64,000 nucleotides of DNA from an uncultured virus (IMG/VR IMGVR_UViG_3300025849_000011) (IMGVR_UViG_3300025849_000011); one strand, 5' to 3'. Positions 31,457 through 41,517 are shown, counted from the stretch's first letter. Numbers and translations: made by a program. Notes: generated by a model from the letters alone, not told the origin.

Positions 31457-32686
31457 CTATGCTATTATAAATGCTCTTACTTGGAGTTGCCATTTTGTTG
31501 CTGTTAATACACTAGTTCCCCCAGTATTTTTATCTTGATATATACCTGGTCCACTGGATGCAATTCTAAGAGTTACATTTGTAGCATCTACTACCGCACC
31601 GAACCCTTGTTCTGGACCGTCATTGTCCGTACTTGGATGTATATCAATAATATCATTTACAACATATCCACCCTGTGCGTCAATGCATTTAAGTCTATAA
31701 GTTATAATATCAGGTTCTACACCTAAACCATGAGTGAAAACATTTTGACCAGAATTTGAAATTCCGACATAAGAACTTACATACTTTTTTACTAGTTTGC
31801 CAGAAACGTCTGTGGATATTTGTCTTTTTACTTGTAAAGGAGTCATAATTAAATTATTTAAAAGACCACTATCTGCCTCAAAACTATCTGCAATCATATC
31901 GCCAGTAATTGAAGCACCAGATAGTGCGCCACTAAATGTTCCAGTTGTTGCTGTAATTCCACCAGTAGATGTTATAGCCGCTGAATTAATAGTGTTAAAT
32001 GTTACGCTAGATGTTGAATCAACTTCTTGACCAATAGATATAGAATCAGAACTTCCAATAGTAACACCAGTTCCACCCAAAGCATTAAAATTGTTTATTG
32101 ATGCTAGAGTTGCCGCTGATAACGTAAGGCCAATTTTACCATTAGAATCAAGGGTAATATCACTATCGGTACTAAATGATCCACGCGCTCTAGAATCTGT
32201 AAAATATAGATTAGGGCTTCCTTCTGGAACATGTGAAGTAGTAAACCCAACTTGAGAATCTTTTAAAAGACCATCCAGATTGTGGATTACTGGAATTCTT
32301 GCTTTATTAAAAACTCCAGTTGTTATTTTAGTTGTTGGTAGATTTGGAATTCTAGTAGTAGTAAATTGACCACTAGTAATTACACTTGCTGGTAGCGGAT
32401 CAAGATGTGATGGACTTATTGAACTACAATTAAAAGAAAAAAGACCGCTATTCGAATCATAAGACAATGTAGTATGACTACCGTTACCACCTGCTACAAG
32501 ACTTAATGCTGTAGTAACGTAAGTTGAACCAGAACTTGCTTTAATCTCATTAATTGCTTGAACCAAATCGGTTTTATTAGTTGTAGTGAGATTATCAGGT
32601 TCACCTACATATCCAGACATAGTGTTTGTTGCATTACGCCAAGTTTCTATTTTATCAGTTAAGTTTACTGTAATTTTTCTAGTCAT
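31457..32686 (-). CDS. Tail fibre protein (409 aa), paralog of 43097-44299
   Basis: WRxxTN...G..DxLxTT..xxLVxAINEI N-terminus; IPxLxxxKITTG repeats. Confidence 0.7.
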   Translation of the reverse strand: MTRKITVNLTDKIETWRNATNTMSGYVGEPDNLTTTNKTDLVQAINEIKASSGSTYVTTALSLVAGGNGSHTTLSYDSNSGLFSFNCSSISPSHLDPLPASVITSGQFTTTRIPNLPTTKITTGVFNKARIPVIHNLDGLLKDSQVGFTTSHVPEGSPNLYFTDSRARGSFSTDSDITLDSNGKIGLTLSAATLASINNFNALGGTGVTIGSSDSISIGQEVDSTSSVTFNTINSAAITSTGGITATTGTFSGALSGASITGDMIADSFEADSGLLNNLIMTPLQVKRQISTDVSGKLVKKYVSSYVGISNSGQNVFTHGLGVEPDIITYRLKCIDAQGGYVVNDIIDIHPSTDNDGPEQGFGAVVDATNVTLRIASSGPGIYQDKNTGGTSVLTATKWQLQVRAFIIA

Positions 32687-32717
32687 ATGCTCATCTTTGC
32701 TATAGGTTGCTTATGTT

Positions 32718-32725
32718 TATTTATA
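32718..32725 (-). promoter_or_regulatory. T4-type late promoter (TATAAATA) at the downstream edge of the radical SAM cassette
   Basis: Exact consensus overlapping the stop codon of the last cassette gene, ~30 nt upstream of ATG 32686. Confidence 0.75.
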
Positions 32726-33131
32726 AGGTTTCTAAGGCTAGTTTAAACTCATCCTCATAATATTTTCTAACATCTGGAACCATTCCTTTCATTTTTAAAG
32801 GAAATTCTATATTTTTCAATATTTGATCATAAGTATCAATATCTAAATGATATTGAATAAAATGTGGATCGTTTTCCGCTAGTAGATATTTATCATTTAA
32901 TAATTCAAAGAAATTTTCATCAAAATCTTGAGATAACCAATATGCATAACATATAGCAACAAAATATGATTTTGCTGGTCTAATAGTTTCATCAACATAT
33001 TCATTAAAGTGTAGTAAAGCATCCCTTACAATATTTTCTTCACTCCATGTCACATCCATTTTATTCAAATCATCTGAATACTCTCTATTAAGTAAGTGAT
33101 AAACTTGGGACGCTGTTCTCCATTTTCTCAT
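32721..33131 (-). CDS. Hypothetical protein, last gene of the cassette (likely start MRKWRT at 33131)
   Basis: ORF track 32721-33167; the internal ATG shortens the overlap with the upstream gene. Confidence 0.65.
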   Translation of the reverse strand: MRKWRTASQVYHLLNREYSDDLNKMDVTWSEENIVRDALLHFNEYVDETIRPAKSYFVAICYAYWLSQDFDENFFELLNDKYLLAENDPHFIQYHLDIDTYDQILKNIEFPLKMKGMVPDVRKYYEDEFKLALETL

Positions 33132-34017
33132 ACCAATCCAATAGCCCTTTATATCCGTTACATCCATTATCTAAATCCTTGACATATCGGTAATGTTCTG
33201 TTAAACAATTACCGAAATATTTGCATGAAGCGCAAATCGGACTTATCATTTCTTCTTTTTCTTTTTCTGCCCAATCCAAGTAAGATTGAAAAGAATCCAA
33301 CTCTTTAAAGTATTCCCTATCGTGAACATCAAACTCCAATACTCCAAACTTGCCGTTAGGAGTAATGTAAACATGATCATCCGAAAATGCATTGTATAAT
33401 CCACTAAAAGACTCCTCTATCTTGTTTGCATTTACAAATTGAAAATCCATTTGATTTTCTAATTCCATCCACTGAATAACAAACTTTTCAAAATCTAAAT
33501 GCGTCACAGTAAATGCATTTGCTTGATTAATAGAATATGGTTTAATCTCTACTGATTTAACAGCACCACACATATTCAATAATTTTATCATTTCATTTAC
33601 ATTCATCTTTAAAACTTGCGGTGATGCAAGAATAAGAACAGCAATCGGTACTGGACTCATCATCATATTCTGAAATACCAAATTTGATTTCTCTCTTGCT
33701 TCAAAATCGTAAGATACTGATAGATAAACATCGTCATCAAAGAAACCATCATGCATCATAGAATAGTTTGTGTTGATATTTATTTTTTTACCATAATACT
33801 TTTTAATTGTATTTTTAACATCATAAAAATAATTTTTCTTCATAGCACCAATTTCACCACCATATAGATCAACATGCTCTATATCTGGAATTTGTGAAAG
33901 TAATTCATCAAGTCTCTCAATTGAAATTTTTTTCTGATCGCCTAATTGTTCTGAAGTAAGATAACAAAAATCACAGCGAAAATTACAAAAATAAGATGGA
34001 TTTACAGATACAATCAT
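33088..34017 (-). CDS. Radical SAM protein with C-terminal Cys cluster (309 aa)
   Basis: CNFRCDFC (CxxxCxxC), YGGE, C-terminal CASCKYFGNC...C. Confidence 0.9.
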   Translation of the reverse strand: MIVSVNPSYFCNFRCDFCYLTSEQLGDQKKISIERLDELLSQIPDIEHVDLYGGEIGAMKKNYFYDVKNTIKKYYGKKININTNYSMMHDGFFDDDVYLSVSYDFEAREKSNLVFQNMMMSPVPIAVLILASPQVLKMNVNEMIKLLNMCGAVKSVEIKPYSINQANAFTVTHLDFEKFVIQWMELENQMDFQFVNANKIEESFSGLYNAFSDDHVYITPNGKFGVLEFDVHDREYFKELDSFQSYLDWAEKEKEEMISPICASCKYFGNCLTEHYRYVKDLDNGCNGYKGLLDWYEKMENSVPSLSLT

Positions 34018-35048
34018 GCATATTCTCTTACATATTCAGTAACTTTAGTATCCATTCTATTTAAAGAGATTATATCTTTAGCCATAGATTTCATATGTTG
34101 ACAGTGATCTTCAACCATGTTATGTTGTTTCAAATCTTTAATTGTTTTACGGCATCCATTACAAATTTCAAACATAGGACAGGTAAAACACGAATTTTTA
34201 AGACTCATTAAACTCAAATCATTACTGAGAGGTGTCTCAAAACCCCCATTCATTTCATATTCAAAATCTATTGGTTTGTCAAAATCATCACCGAAAGAAC
34301 CACAAGAATAGTAATCACCTTCTGGTTGAATATTACGAATGCCACTATCACAGTTTCTGGACTGAGGACATATGGTTGGTTTTTTTCTTAACCTATTTAA
34401 CATTTGTTGAGTATTATGTTCCCAATCACTAAGTCCTGCTTTCCAAATTTGAATATATCTCTCATAAATTTTTGATAATCTATATGGTGCTGACTGAGAA
34501 CCAGATGCCATAGCATAATTTACCTTACAAACAACATTCATCTTCTTAGCAAGTTGTACAGTCTGTATTACAGTATCTTCATTTTCATCCACAATTACCG
34601 CAATAAATGATGGTCTATAGCCTACATGCTCAAGCATCGCATCAGAACATTTCCAAAAATCTTCTTCTGTAAATTCACTGTAATCTCCCTTGAGCCTACC
34701 ACCGCCATATTGAAATGAAGTCCCAACACCAATTCTATGATGATTAAAGAGTTCTGCCCATTTTTTTGGTTTCATTAAAAAAGGATACAAATTGGTTGTA
34801 AGGGATATTGTCGCTGGCATATCATGTTTATCTAAAAACTCTATTAATTTCCAATAGTAGTTTGGCCTCATCATTAAAGGATCACCACCATTTACGATGA
34901 TAGTTTGCGTTTCAGGAAATCTTTTAAGAAATTTGAATATCTTATTCAAATCAAGTACAGCAGTGTTATCCTCTTGAGTAATTTTAGAGGAAGAACAAAA
35001 TGAACATTTAAAATTGCATAATTCTGTTGGTTTGATAATTAAGTCCAT
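34014..35048 (-). CDS. Radical SAM/SPASM protein (344 aa)
   Basis: IIKPTELCNFKCSFC, NGGDPL, CPQSRNC...YSCG...CFTCPMFEICNGC...C. Confidence 0.92.
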   Translation of the reverse strand: MDLIIKPTELCNFKCSFCSSSKITQEDNTAVLDLNKIFKFLKRFPETQTIIVNGGDPLMMRPNYYWKLIEFLDKHDMPATISLTTNLYPFLMKPKKWAELFNHHRIGVGTSFQYGGGRLKGDYSEFTEEDFWKCSDAMLEHVGYRPSFIAVIVDENEDTVIQTVQLAKKMNVVCKVNYAMASGSQSAPYRLSKIYERYIQIWKAGLSDWEHNTQQMLNRLRKKPTICPQSRNCDSGIRNIQPEGDYYSCGSFGDDFDKPIDFEYEMNGGFETPLSNDLSLMSLKNSCFTCPMFEICNGCRKTIKDLKQHNMVEDHCQHMKSMAKDIISLNRMDTKVTEYVREYA

Positions 35049-35623
35049 GGAGAATTCTTTATATTAAAACCAAAATTCATTGTGATTCTTTGCACATTGG
35101 GTTTTCTAAAATCCTCAACTCTATGTTGAAAATTTAAATCTTGACTACCTAATATTAAATCATATTTTTTTGGTAAGTGATAACAAGTGACACGTTTATT
35201 TTGTCTCATATTTCGGAACATTATTTCACCACCGACTCCTTGTTCCATATCAGTGAAATATAGTAAAAAGAAAACATTTGCACCTTCTCTTAAATCATTA
35301 TGCCAAGAACTAGAACCATCACATGCTCCATTCCAAATATATGAATATATTAATTTTTTGCTCTCATAACAATCGTCATACTTTGATAAGTATGTATCAT
35401 ACAATAAATCAGCAGTTTTCTTTATTTTGTTTCGCATACCATTCAAATGATAATTCCAACAAATGCTATAACTTTTACAATCATCACCATCATTTAACCA
35501 TTTTATTTTTGGAATATTATCACTACTCATATTTAACCACTTTAGTTTTGGCATAGTATCATTGATATGAATAAACATATTTTTATTATTTTCCATAAGA
35601 TATCCTTGGTCTTTCATTTCCAT
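35039..35623 (-). CDS. 2OG-Fe(II) oxygenase, paralog B
   Basis: WHND...GGEI...HRVE...RIT (HxD...H triad plus 2OG-binding Arg); alternative start at 35617. Confidence 0.8.
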   Translation of the reverse strand: MEMKDQGYLMENNKNMFIHINDTMPKLKWLNMSSDNIPKIKWLNDGDDCKSYSICWNYHLNGMRNKIKKTADLLYDTYLSKYDDCYESKKLIYSYIWNGACDGSSSWHNDLREGANVFFLLYFTDMEQGVGGEIMFRNMRQNKRVTCYHLPKKYDLILGSQDLNFQHRVEDFRKPNVQRITMNFGFNIKNSPWT

Positions 35624-36168
35624 GGAGATTCCTTTACTTTAAATCTAAAAAGCATTGTTATTCTTTCTTGCTTCAATTCTCTTGTATGCTCAACTCTATG
35701 CTGAAACTTTAAATCATCACCTACACTTCCCATTACTATATCATATTTTTTAGGTAGATGAAAAGCAGTTATTCTTTTATTTTGTTTCATATTTCTGTAC
35801 ATTATCTCACCACCATTATTCGGTTCTGAGTCTGTAAAATACAAATTAAATTGTAAGTTGCCACCTTCAGTATCATGATGCCACTCACACGAACCAGTGT
35901 CCGTCCCATTCCACATAGTATAATAATCCAAGTGTTTTTCGGTTTCCCACGGCAAGTAGGTTTCCCAAAGTAAATCGGCAGTTTTTAGCATCTTACTTTT
36001 CATGGAGTGGAAATAATAATTCCACGCGACGCTTTGCCATCTGTCAGATTTATCAGAATTACTTCTCTTTAAGTATAACCATTTTAATTTTGGTAATGTA
36101 TCTTTTATATGAATAAACATATCAGGATTATTTTCAATAAAACATCCAGAATTTTTATCAATATTCAT
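35614..36168 (-). CDS. 2OG-Fe(II) oxygenase, paralog A (likely start MNIDKNSG)
   Basis: WHHD...GGEI...HRVE...RIT; ATG 36168 lies just after the upstream stop. Confidence 0.8.
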   Translation of the reverse strand: MNIDKNSGCFIENNPDMFIHIKDTLPKLKWLYLKRSNSDKSDRWQSVAWNYYFHSMKSKMLKTADLLWETYLPWETEKHLDYYTMWNGTDTGSCEWHHDTEGGNLQFNLYFTDSEPNNGGEIMYRNMKQNKRITAFHLPKKYDIVMGSVGDDLKFQHRVEHTRELKQERITMLFRFKVKESPWK

Positions 36169-36169
36169 T

Positions 36170-36700
36170 TTATTCCCAGCCCACACTTACAGTCATTCTT
36201 GGTTTAGAGCCAAAATAAGGTCTAATACAATGTACCATAGAACTATTAAAAACTACTAACCTACCCACTTTTGGTTGTATTCTAGTCTTATTTTTTGGAT
36301 ATTGAAAAATATCAAGAGAATCATAAATATCCAACTCACCACCTTGCCAACCATTATTATCTATATCTATAAAAAATAATGTAATGATTTTAGACTCTGT
36401 TCCATCATGATGTGGTTCCCAAATCATATTTTCATTATTATCTTTTTCATACTTGACAATTTTTATCAAATGTGATATAGCAATTTTTTTTACATTTGAA
36501 TCTTTCACCATCGCAATAGTTTTTGCTTTATTCAGATTTGGAAAGTCATCCATATTATCTTTAATATTTATCGCCATATTTTTTTGCATGTTAAATCTTG
36601 GCAAATCCTCAATAGAGGGATTGGCAAAAGAAAACTTGCTTTGTATTCTTTCAAGTTCTTTTTTATTCAAAAAATCATCATAAATTTCTACAGAATTCAT
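36170..36700 (-). CDS. 2OG-Fe(II) oxygenase, prolyl-4-hydroxylase-like (176 aa)
   Basis: PHHD...WQGGEL...PKVGRLVVF...HCIRP...RMTV. Confidence 0.85.
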   Translation of the reverse strand: MNSVEIYDDFLNKKELERIQSKFSFANPSIEDLPRFNMQKNMAINIKDNMDDFPNLNKAKTIAMVKDSNVKKIAISHLIKIVKYEKDNNENMIWEPHHDGTESKIITLFFIDIDNNGWQGGELDIYDSLDIFQYPKNKTRIQPKVGRLVVFNSSMVHCIRPYFGSKPRMTVSVGWE

Positions 36701-38345
36701 CTAATCTTTCCTTTATCATTTCTTCATTTTTATTTAATAATATTTTCATTTCATTGACAATATCTTTACCTTTAAAGCGTCCCACATCAAACTTATCTAT
36801 GCTATGTGGATTTTTATCATAAAATATATTTCTTATTAATTCTTTGTAAACAAAAAACATAGGAATATCATTCAATATATTCCACAATTCTTTTGCTACC
36901 TCGGAAACATTTTCATATGTAGTATATTCACTTATAAAACTTAAACCTATATGTGGTGTAAACAAATTCATTATAAACATTTCTAGATATTCTTCAAACG
37001 TATATGAAAAACACTCAATTATAGTATCATATTCATATGCAACATCCCCATATATTGGATTTACTTCAACATCATCCCATTTTCCGCTATAGTTACCATC
37101 AAATTGTGTTAATACTTTTGAAGTTTTTATTTTATACTTTTCTTGATATTCTTTACTGGCAGTTTCAGTCGCTGGTAAAACCATGTAAGGATATCTAGTG
37201 TCTGCCCATACGTCAAGACCTTTCCATTCTTCCCAATCTTTTCCTTCATTATACCCAACTCTATAGTATACTTTAAATTCCTCGTAAAAATCTTTTAGTG
37301 TAGATCCCGGCATCGCTAAAATTAATTCTAAGTCTAACCATAATTCTTTTTCTTTAAAATTATTCCATTTATTAGTTAAATGATCCACCAACTCATAAGT
37401 TTCCTCAACATTAAGGTCTCTCCTGTTCGCAATTTTTCTCGCTTCTGGTGATATTGATTGTAAACTGATACTGATAACTTGACGAGTAATATCATGCTCA
37501 ATCATAAAATCAAGCATTTCTTTTTTCTGTTCCAATTTTAAAGTTTTTAATACCGATAGATTTTCACCAATTTGAACCCCATTATCCACCATGTGCATCA
37601 TCATTTCTCTATCACGTTCTTTAAACATTCCTGTATTAGCATCACACAAATCAATATGTACACCTTTGAACCGCCCTATAAATTCCATTTCATCCTTTAT
37701 CACAGCCATAGGTTTTTTTAGAACTTTTGTTCCAGTACCGCCACCCCACTCACAATAAGAACACTTAAATGGGCATCCTCTAGTACTTTCATATATCAAT
37801 GTTATTCGCTCATATAAGTCTATATTTTTAATGAAATGCTTATATTCTTTGGTAAAATAATCTTCACATCTCTTATATACATTCGTATGTCCAAATGGAA
37901 GAGGAATTTTTAAAGAACTACCCAAATAAAATGGAATCTTTTTCTTATCAACAGAATCCTCTAAATACATATCAAGAAAGTATTGAACGAATATTTCTCC
38001 TGGAGCAAGAGGGTCTGCAACATAGTCATAATCTTTTATTATATCAGGGTCTTGTTGAGGACCACCCATAACTACTATGGTATCTGAGTCAAGGCCATTT
38101 CGTATCCTTTGGTTAATTTTATAATTCCAAACATAATTGGTAAAAAATACAATAGAACACCCTTTAACATTATCCAAACAATCTTGTATTGTAACTTCAT
38201 TCCATTTGAATATTGGCTCCACCCAAGTAACTTTTTCTGGATATTTACCGTAATCTTCATAAAAACATTTAAAAAGCATCCAATGATAATTAAATTCGGC
38301 CCTTGAAGGTATTCCTGTTGGATTTATATAACCTACTTTAATCAC
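36678..38345 (-). CDS. Cobalamin-binding-type (class B-like) radical SAM protein (555 aa)
   Basis: N-terminal FTNYVWN...VVMGGPQ (B12-binding-like), ESTRGCPFKCSYCEWG, DANTG, SLQS, ELILAMPG. Confidence 0.8.
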   Translation of the reverse strand: MIKVGYINPTGIPSRAEFNYHWMLFKCFYEDYGKYPEKVTWVEPIFKWNEVTIQDCLDNVKGCSIVFFTNYVWNYKINQRIRNGLDSDTIVVMGGPQQDPDIIKDYDYVADPLAPGEIFVQYFLDMYLEDSVDKKKIPFYLGSSLKIPLPFGHTNVYKRCEDYFTKEYKHFIKNIDLYERITLIYESTRGCPFKCSYCEWGGGTGTKVLKKPMAVIKDEMEFIGRFKGVHIDLCDANTGMFKERDREMMMHMVDNGVQIGENLSVLKTLKLEQKKEMLDFMIEHDITRQVISISLQSISPEARKIANRRDLNVEETYELVDHLTNKWNNFKEKELWLDLELILAMPGSTLKDFYEEFKVYYRVGYNEGKDWEEWKGLDVWADTRYPYMVLPATETASKEYQEKYKIKTSKVLTQFDGNYSGKWDDVEVNPIYGDVAYEYDTIIECFSYTFEEYLEMFIMNLFTPHIGLSFISEYTTYENVSEVAKELWNILNDIPMFFVYKELIRNIFYDKNPHSIDKFDVGRFKGKDIVNEMKILLNKNEEMIKERLDEFCRNL

Positions 38346-38976
38346 CTTTATAGAACTCCATATTCATAAATTGTATCTTTGTGAACCCTTTTAAAACCTT
38401 AGACGTATATGGAGTTTCCATTATAGCACTGTCTGGATGGGTAGACATTTTTTTCATTTGAGTGTATAGTGTTTTGGCTGTAGGAACGTAAATAGGTCTA
38501 TTCTCAATTTCAGTTTTGCAAAATTTCACCATGATTTTATAAAAGTCTATTTCTTGCCTTCTGGTTAAGCAATCTCTATAAATTCCATTTATTTGAATAT
38601 TTGACATTATTGTATAATTTTTAGTTTTCTCTGTACCAATCCACCCTAACTCATAATCATTATTCACTGCTGTTTTGGGTGACCCAGTAAATTGAGTAGT
38701 GTAATCTTCTATCATAGATTTACTATTAACTTCAGATAATAAATTACTTGATAATGGAACACTAAAAACGTACACTTCACTACTCAAAAAATTATCTAAA
38801 AAATGAATACATGGGGGTAATTCTATATCAACTGAATAATCAAATACTGTACGGCACACATTATAGTCTATATCAATTTCTTTTATTGGAGTAATTAATC
38901 TTTTCGCTCTTGTTGGAAACCTATTTATAAAAGATTGACTTATTGGAGATTTATCACCATTTCCATAAAAAAACAT
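38338..38976 (-). CDS. Hypothetical protein (212 aa)
   Basis: ORF tightly packed within the cassette; no recognisable motif. Confidence 0.65.
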   Translation of the reverse strand: MFFYGNGDKSPISQSFINRFPTRAKRLITPIKEIDIDYNVCRTVFDYSVDIELPPCIHFLDNFLSSEVYVFSVPLSSNLLSEVNSKSMIEDYTTQFTGSPKTAVNNDYELGWIGTEKTKNYTIMSNIQINGIYRDCLTRRQEIDFYKIMVKFCKTEIENRPIYVPTAKTLYTQMKKMSTHPDSAIMETPYTSKVLKGFTKIQFMNMEFYKGD

Positions 38977-38977
38977 C

Positions 38978-40018
38978 TCATCTTAATCCTTGATTTTCAA
39001 TATATCTATGTGTCATCTTATAAACACATTCATCAAAAATTTCCTCTGCATATTTGTAATCGTGTGCCATGAAACACCCAAGAGTACATCTATGGAAATA
39101 TTCACAAGTAGAGCAATTGTACTTCTCAAGAAATGCTTTCTCAATAGGCTTATTATTGGCCTTTTGTATATCAGTTTTATACATTGCTTTATCTCTTGGC
39201 TCTTGAACAAGATTTCCACACAAACACATAGTCCCATCCTCAAGAACTAATTTAGATGATCTGCATGAAACAACATTACGTTCATTTTCTATCCAAGAAC
39301 GAATAGGTTCAATCTTAGGATAATTATCTATAAAATGTGTAAAAATATCGTAATGTTCTTTATCTGTCGGCATACTTCTTTCTGCTTGACAATCGGGCAT
39401 GTAGTAATCAGCATAAACCTTAACACCTTTATGATATAGATCATGCATAAAATCTTTTGGATCAGTAAGCCAATATCTTATATTTGATTTAGTTAGAAGA
39501 ACACCTATACCTTCTAAATCATCCCAAAAATCATATACATTCTCTTTGAAAATTTCTAAGTTTGGTTTGTTAAATCTACCTCTAGGATCATATGAGGTTA
39601 CAAGTTTTGTAGCACATCCCATATCCCTACACGCTTTTAATATTTCTCTCACATAATCCTTTTTACTAATAACAAGATTAGTTACCCAATTAATACTCAC
39701 TTCATCAAAGTTATATTTTTTTCCTAAGTTTACTATTCCTTGAGCAAGAGAAATGTAGTCATTCTTCAATTTTTCATCAAAAATTTCATCGGCAAATATT
39801 TCGCCACCCATAATATTTAAAACAACACGTTTTCTCATTTCTTTCTCAAAGAATTTTTCTATTGATTCTAATTTATCTAAAACTGTATCAATACCCACAA
39901 TGTTGTCATGGTCTTGCCAGCAAAATGGGCAAGATAGATTACAAAACTCAAACAAATGAATTGTATATTCTTGCTGCTTATCTCTTTTATCTCTTAAAAT
40001 AAAATCTACTAAATCCAA
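38978..40018 (-). CDS. Radical SAM protein with SPASM/twitch-like C-terminus (346 aa, TTG start)
   Basis: CNLSCPFC, MGGE, C...CLCG...CSTCEYFHRCTLGC...C. Confidence 0.9.
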   Translation of the reverse strand: MDLVDFILRDKRDKQQEYTIHLFEFCNLSCPFCWQDHDNIVGIDTVLDKLESIEKFFEKEMRKRVVLNIMGGEIFADEIFDEKLKNDYISLAQGIVNLGKKYNFDEVSINWVTNLVISKKDYVREILKACRDMGCATKLVTSYDPRGRFNKPNLEIFKENVYDFWDDLEGIGVLLTKSNIRYWLTDPKDFMHDLYHKGVKVYADYYMPDCQAERSMPTDKEHYDIFTHFIDNYPKIEPIRSWIENERNVVSCRSSKLVLEDGTMCLCGNLVQEPRDKAMYKTDIQKANNKPIEKAFLEKYNCSTCEYFHRCTLGCFMAHDYKYAEEIFDECVYKMTHRYIENQGLR

Positions 40019-40672
40019 TCAAACTTCTCCTGCACCAACTCCCCAAGTTAATAGGAAAAGTGGATTTTTTTCATAGGACCAATAATCAAATAAACCCTTT
40101 CCATTAAACATATATTCATTAAAATATTTAGAATAATAGGTCAAGTTTTTTTCATCTAATCCATTGTAGTAATAATAAAAATCTTCATGTTTTAATAAAG
40201 ATACAAAATTAATACCTTTTATATCATCAGTATCATCTTCTTCATGTGATATTACCCAATCTTTCATCTCATCATCTTGGATAATATACATATTATAAAG
40301 TGTCAATGAATCTAACTTTTTAATCCAAGTATCAATGACTTCTTTGTTATCATCAATGAAATCTTGATAGCAACCTAAACATTCTAAAGATAGATTTTTT
40401 TTCACCAAAAGAACCTCAATAATAAATTCTTCTAAAACTTTAATATTTAATATTTGTGGAAACTGAAGATATATTTTTGCAAGGTTCTCTAAATCATTTC
40501 CTTCAACTTTAATATCACAAGGTAACTCTAAGTTGCTTAAATAAACGAGTAATTTCTCACCTTGTAACTCACTATTTTCATAATCAATAATAAAATTAAT
40601 ACTATCATCAGAAAAATATTTTTGTAAATCATCAATACCTAGTGGTGCAGTCACTGTAACATAATTATTCAT
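40019..40672 (-). CDS. Acidic hypothetical protein (217 aa), possible accessory factor
   Basis: ORF between the candidate substrate and a radical SAM gene; no catalytic motif recognised. Confidence 0.7.
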   Translation of the reverse strand: MNNYVTVTAPLGIDDLQKYFSDDSINFIIDYENSELQGEKLLVYLSNLELPCDIKVEGNDLENLAKIYLQFPQILNIKVLEEFIIEVLLVKKNLSLECLGCYQDFIDDNKEVIDTWIKKLDSLTLYNMYIIQDDEMKDWVISHEEDDTDDIKGINFVSLLKHEDFYYYYNGLDEKNLTYYSKYFNEYMFNGKGLFDYWSYEKNPLFLLTWGVGAGEV

Positions 40673-40679
40673 AATAAAA

Positions 40680-41507
40680 TTATCTCCTATTTCTTGATGA
40701 ATGGCAATTAGAGTGGCAATTAGAATGGCATACAGATTCAGTATATCCTGCTATATTTCCATCTATAGCAACAGTTTTCCATGCCTCATATAGATTATTG
40801 AATAATGTTTCCATATCACCATCATCAATTAAATCTCCAGCGACTATCATTGAATGATCAACATCAGAAGAATCAATGGTGAAACTATGTCTAGGAGTTA
40901 AAACGCCCACTCCACTAACACTTATTGCTTTACCTATAACAGCACCACTTCGTAAACTAACTGCATATTTTTGTGTCGCTGATGTACAAGCCGATTGAGC
41001 GTCTGAACGTAAGGTCTCTGCTTCTTGTTTTGTGGAAGGTTTTCCACCAATACCATATGAATTCCAATTTGTAAAAAACTCTGAGATAAATCCACCAAAA
41101 GTAACACCAGCCCCAGCAGATACTTCGTTGTCTAAAGCATCTCTCCATTCACAAGCAAAGTTTTTTTCCTTTTCTGCATTTTCGGTAGATGCCGTATTGC
41201 GTGACGGTATTGGTATATTTCCACCTGGAATACCAGTTACAGTTCTTGTGGCAGTAAATTTTCTAACTCTAGTATATTGGTTAATATCCTTTAATAGAAC
41301 AGCAAAAATATTTGATGCTGTTATTGGCCCATCCAACAAATCAGGATTTGTTGTCACACCAGTTGTATTTCCATGAAAATAACTTGCTACTGATGCAAAT
41401 GGTAGATTATCATCACCAAACACAATAGCATCATTAATTTTATCAGTCACAAACTGTCTGTATTTTGTAATTACAGGGTTTTCTGTAATAGGGTCTGATA
41501 TTGCCAT
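40680..41507 (-). CDS. Candidate substrate/precursor protein with C-terminal CHSNCHSNCHSSRNRR (275 aa)
   Basis: Strong AGGAG SD; Thr/Gly/Ser/Ala-rich body like virion proteins; Cys-His repeat tail encoded by a 12-nt repeat. Confidence 0.75.
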   Translation of the reverse strand: MAISDPITENPVITKYRQFVTDKINDAIVFGDDNLPFASVASYFHGNTTGVTTNPDLLDGPITASNIFAVLLKDINQYTRVRKFTATRTVTGIPGGNIPIPSRNTASTENAEKEKNFACEWRDALDNEVSAGAGVTFGGFISEFFTNWNSYGIGGKPSTKQEAETLRSDAQSACTSATQKYAVSLRSGAVIGKAISVSGVGVLTPRHSFTIDSSDVDHSMIVAGDLIDDGDMETLFNNLYEAWKTVAIDGNIAGYTESVCHSNCHSNCHSSRNRR

Positions 41508-41517
41508 TCTTTATCTC

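Noticed and set aside
38922..38929. Additional intragenic TATAAATA octamers (here and 10963-10970)
   Set aside because: Inside coding sequence and expected by chance in AT-rich DNA; not supportable as promoters without TSS data
40680..40730. His-Xaa-Ser (Hxs) repeat or SCIFF precursor
   Set aside because: The repeat period is 4 with Cys (CHSN), not the 3-residue HxS, and it does not match the six-Cys SCIFF pattern
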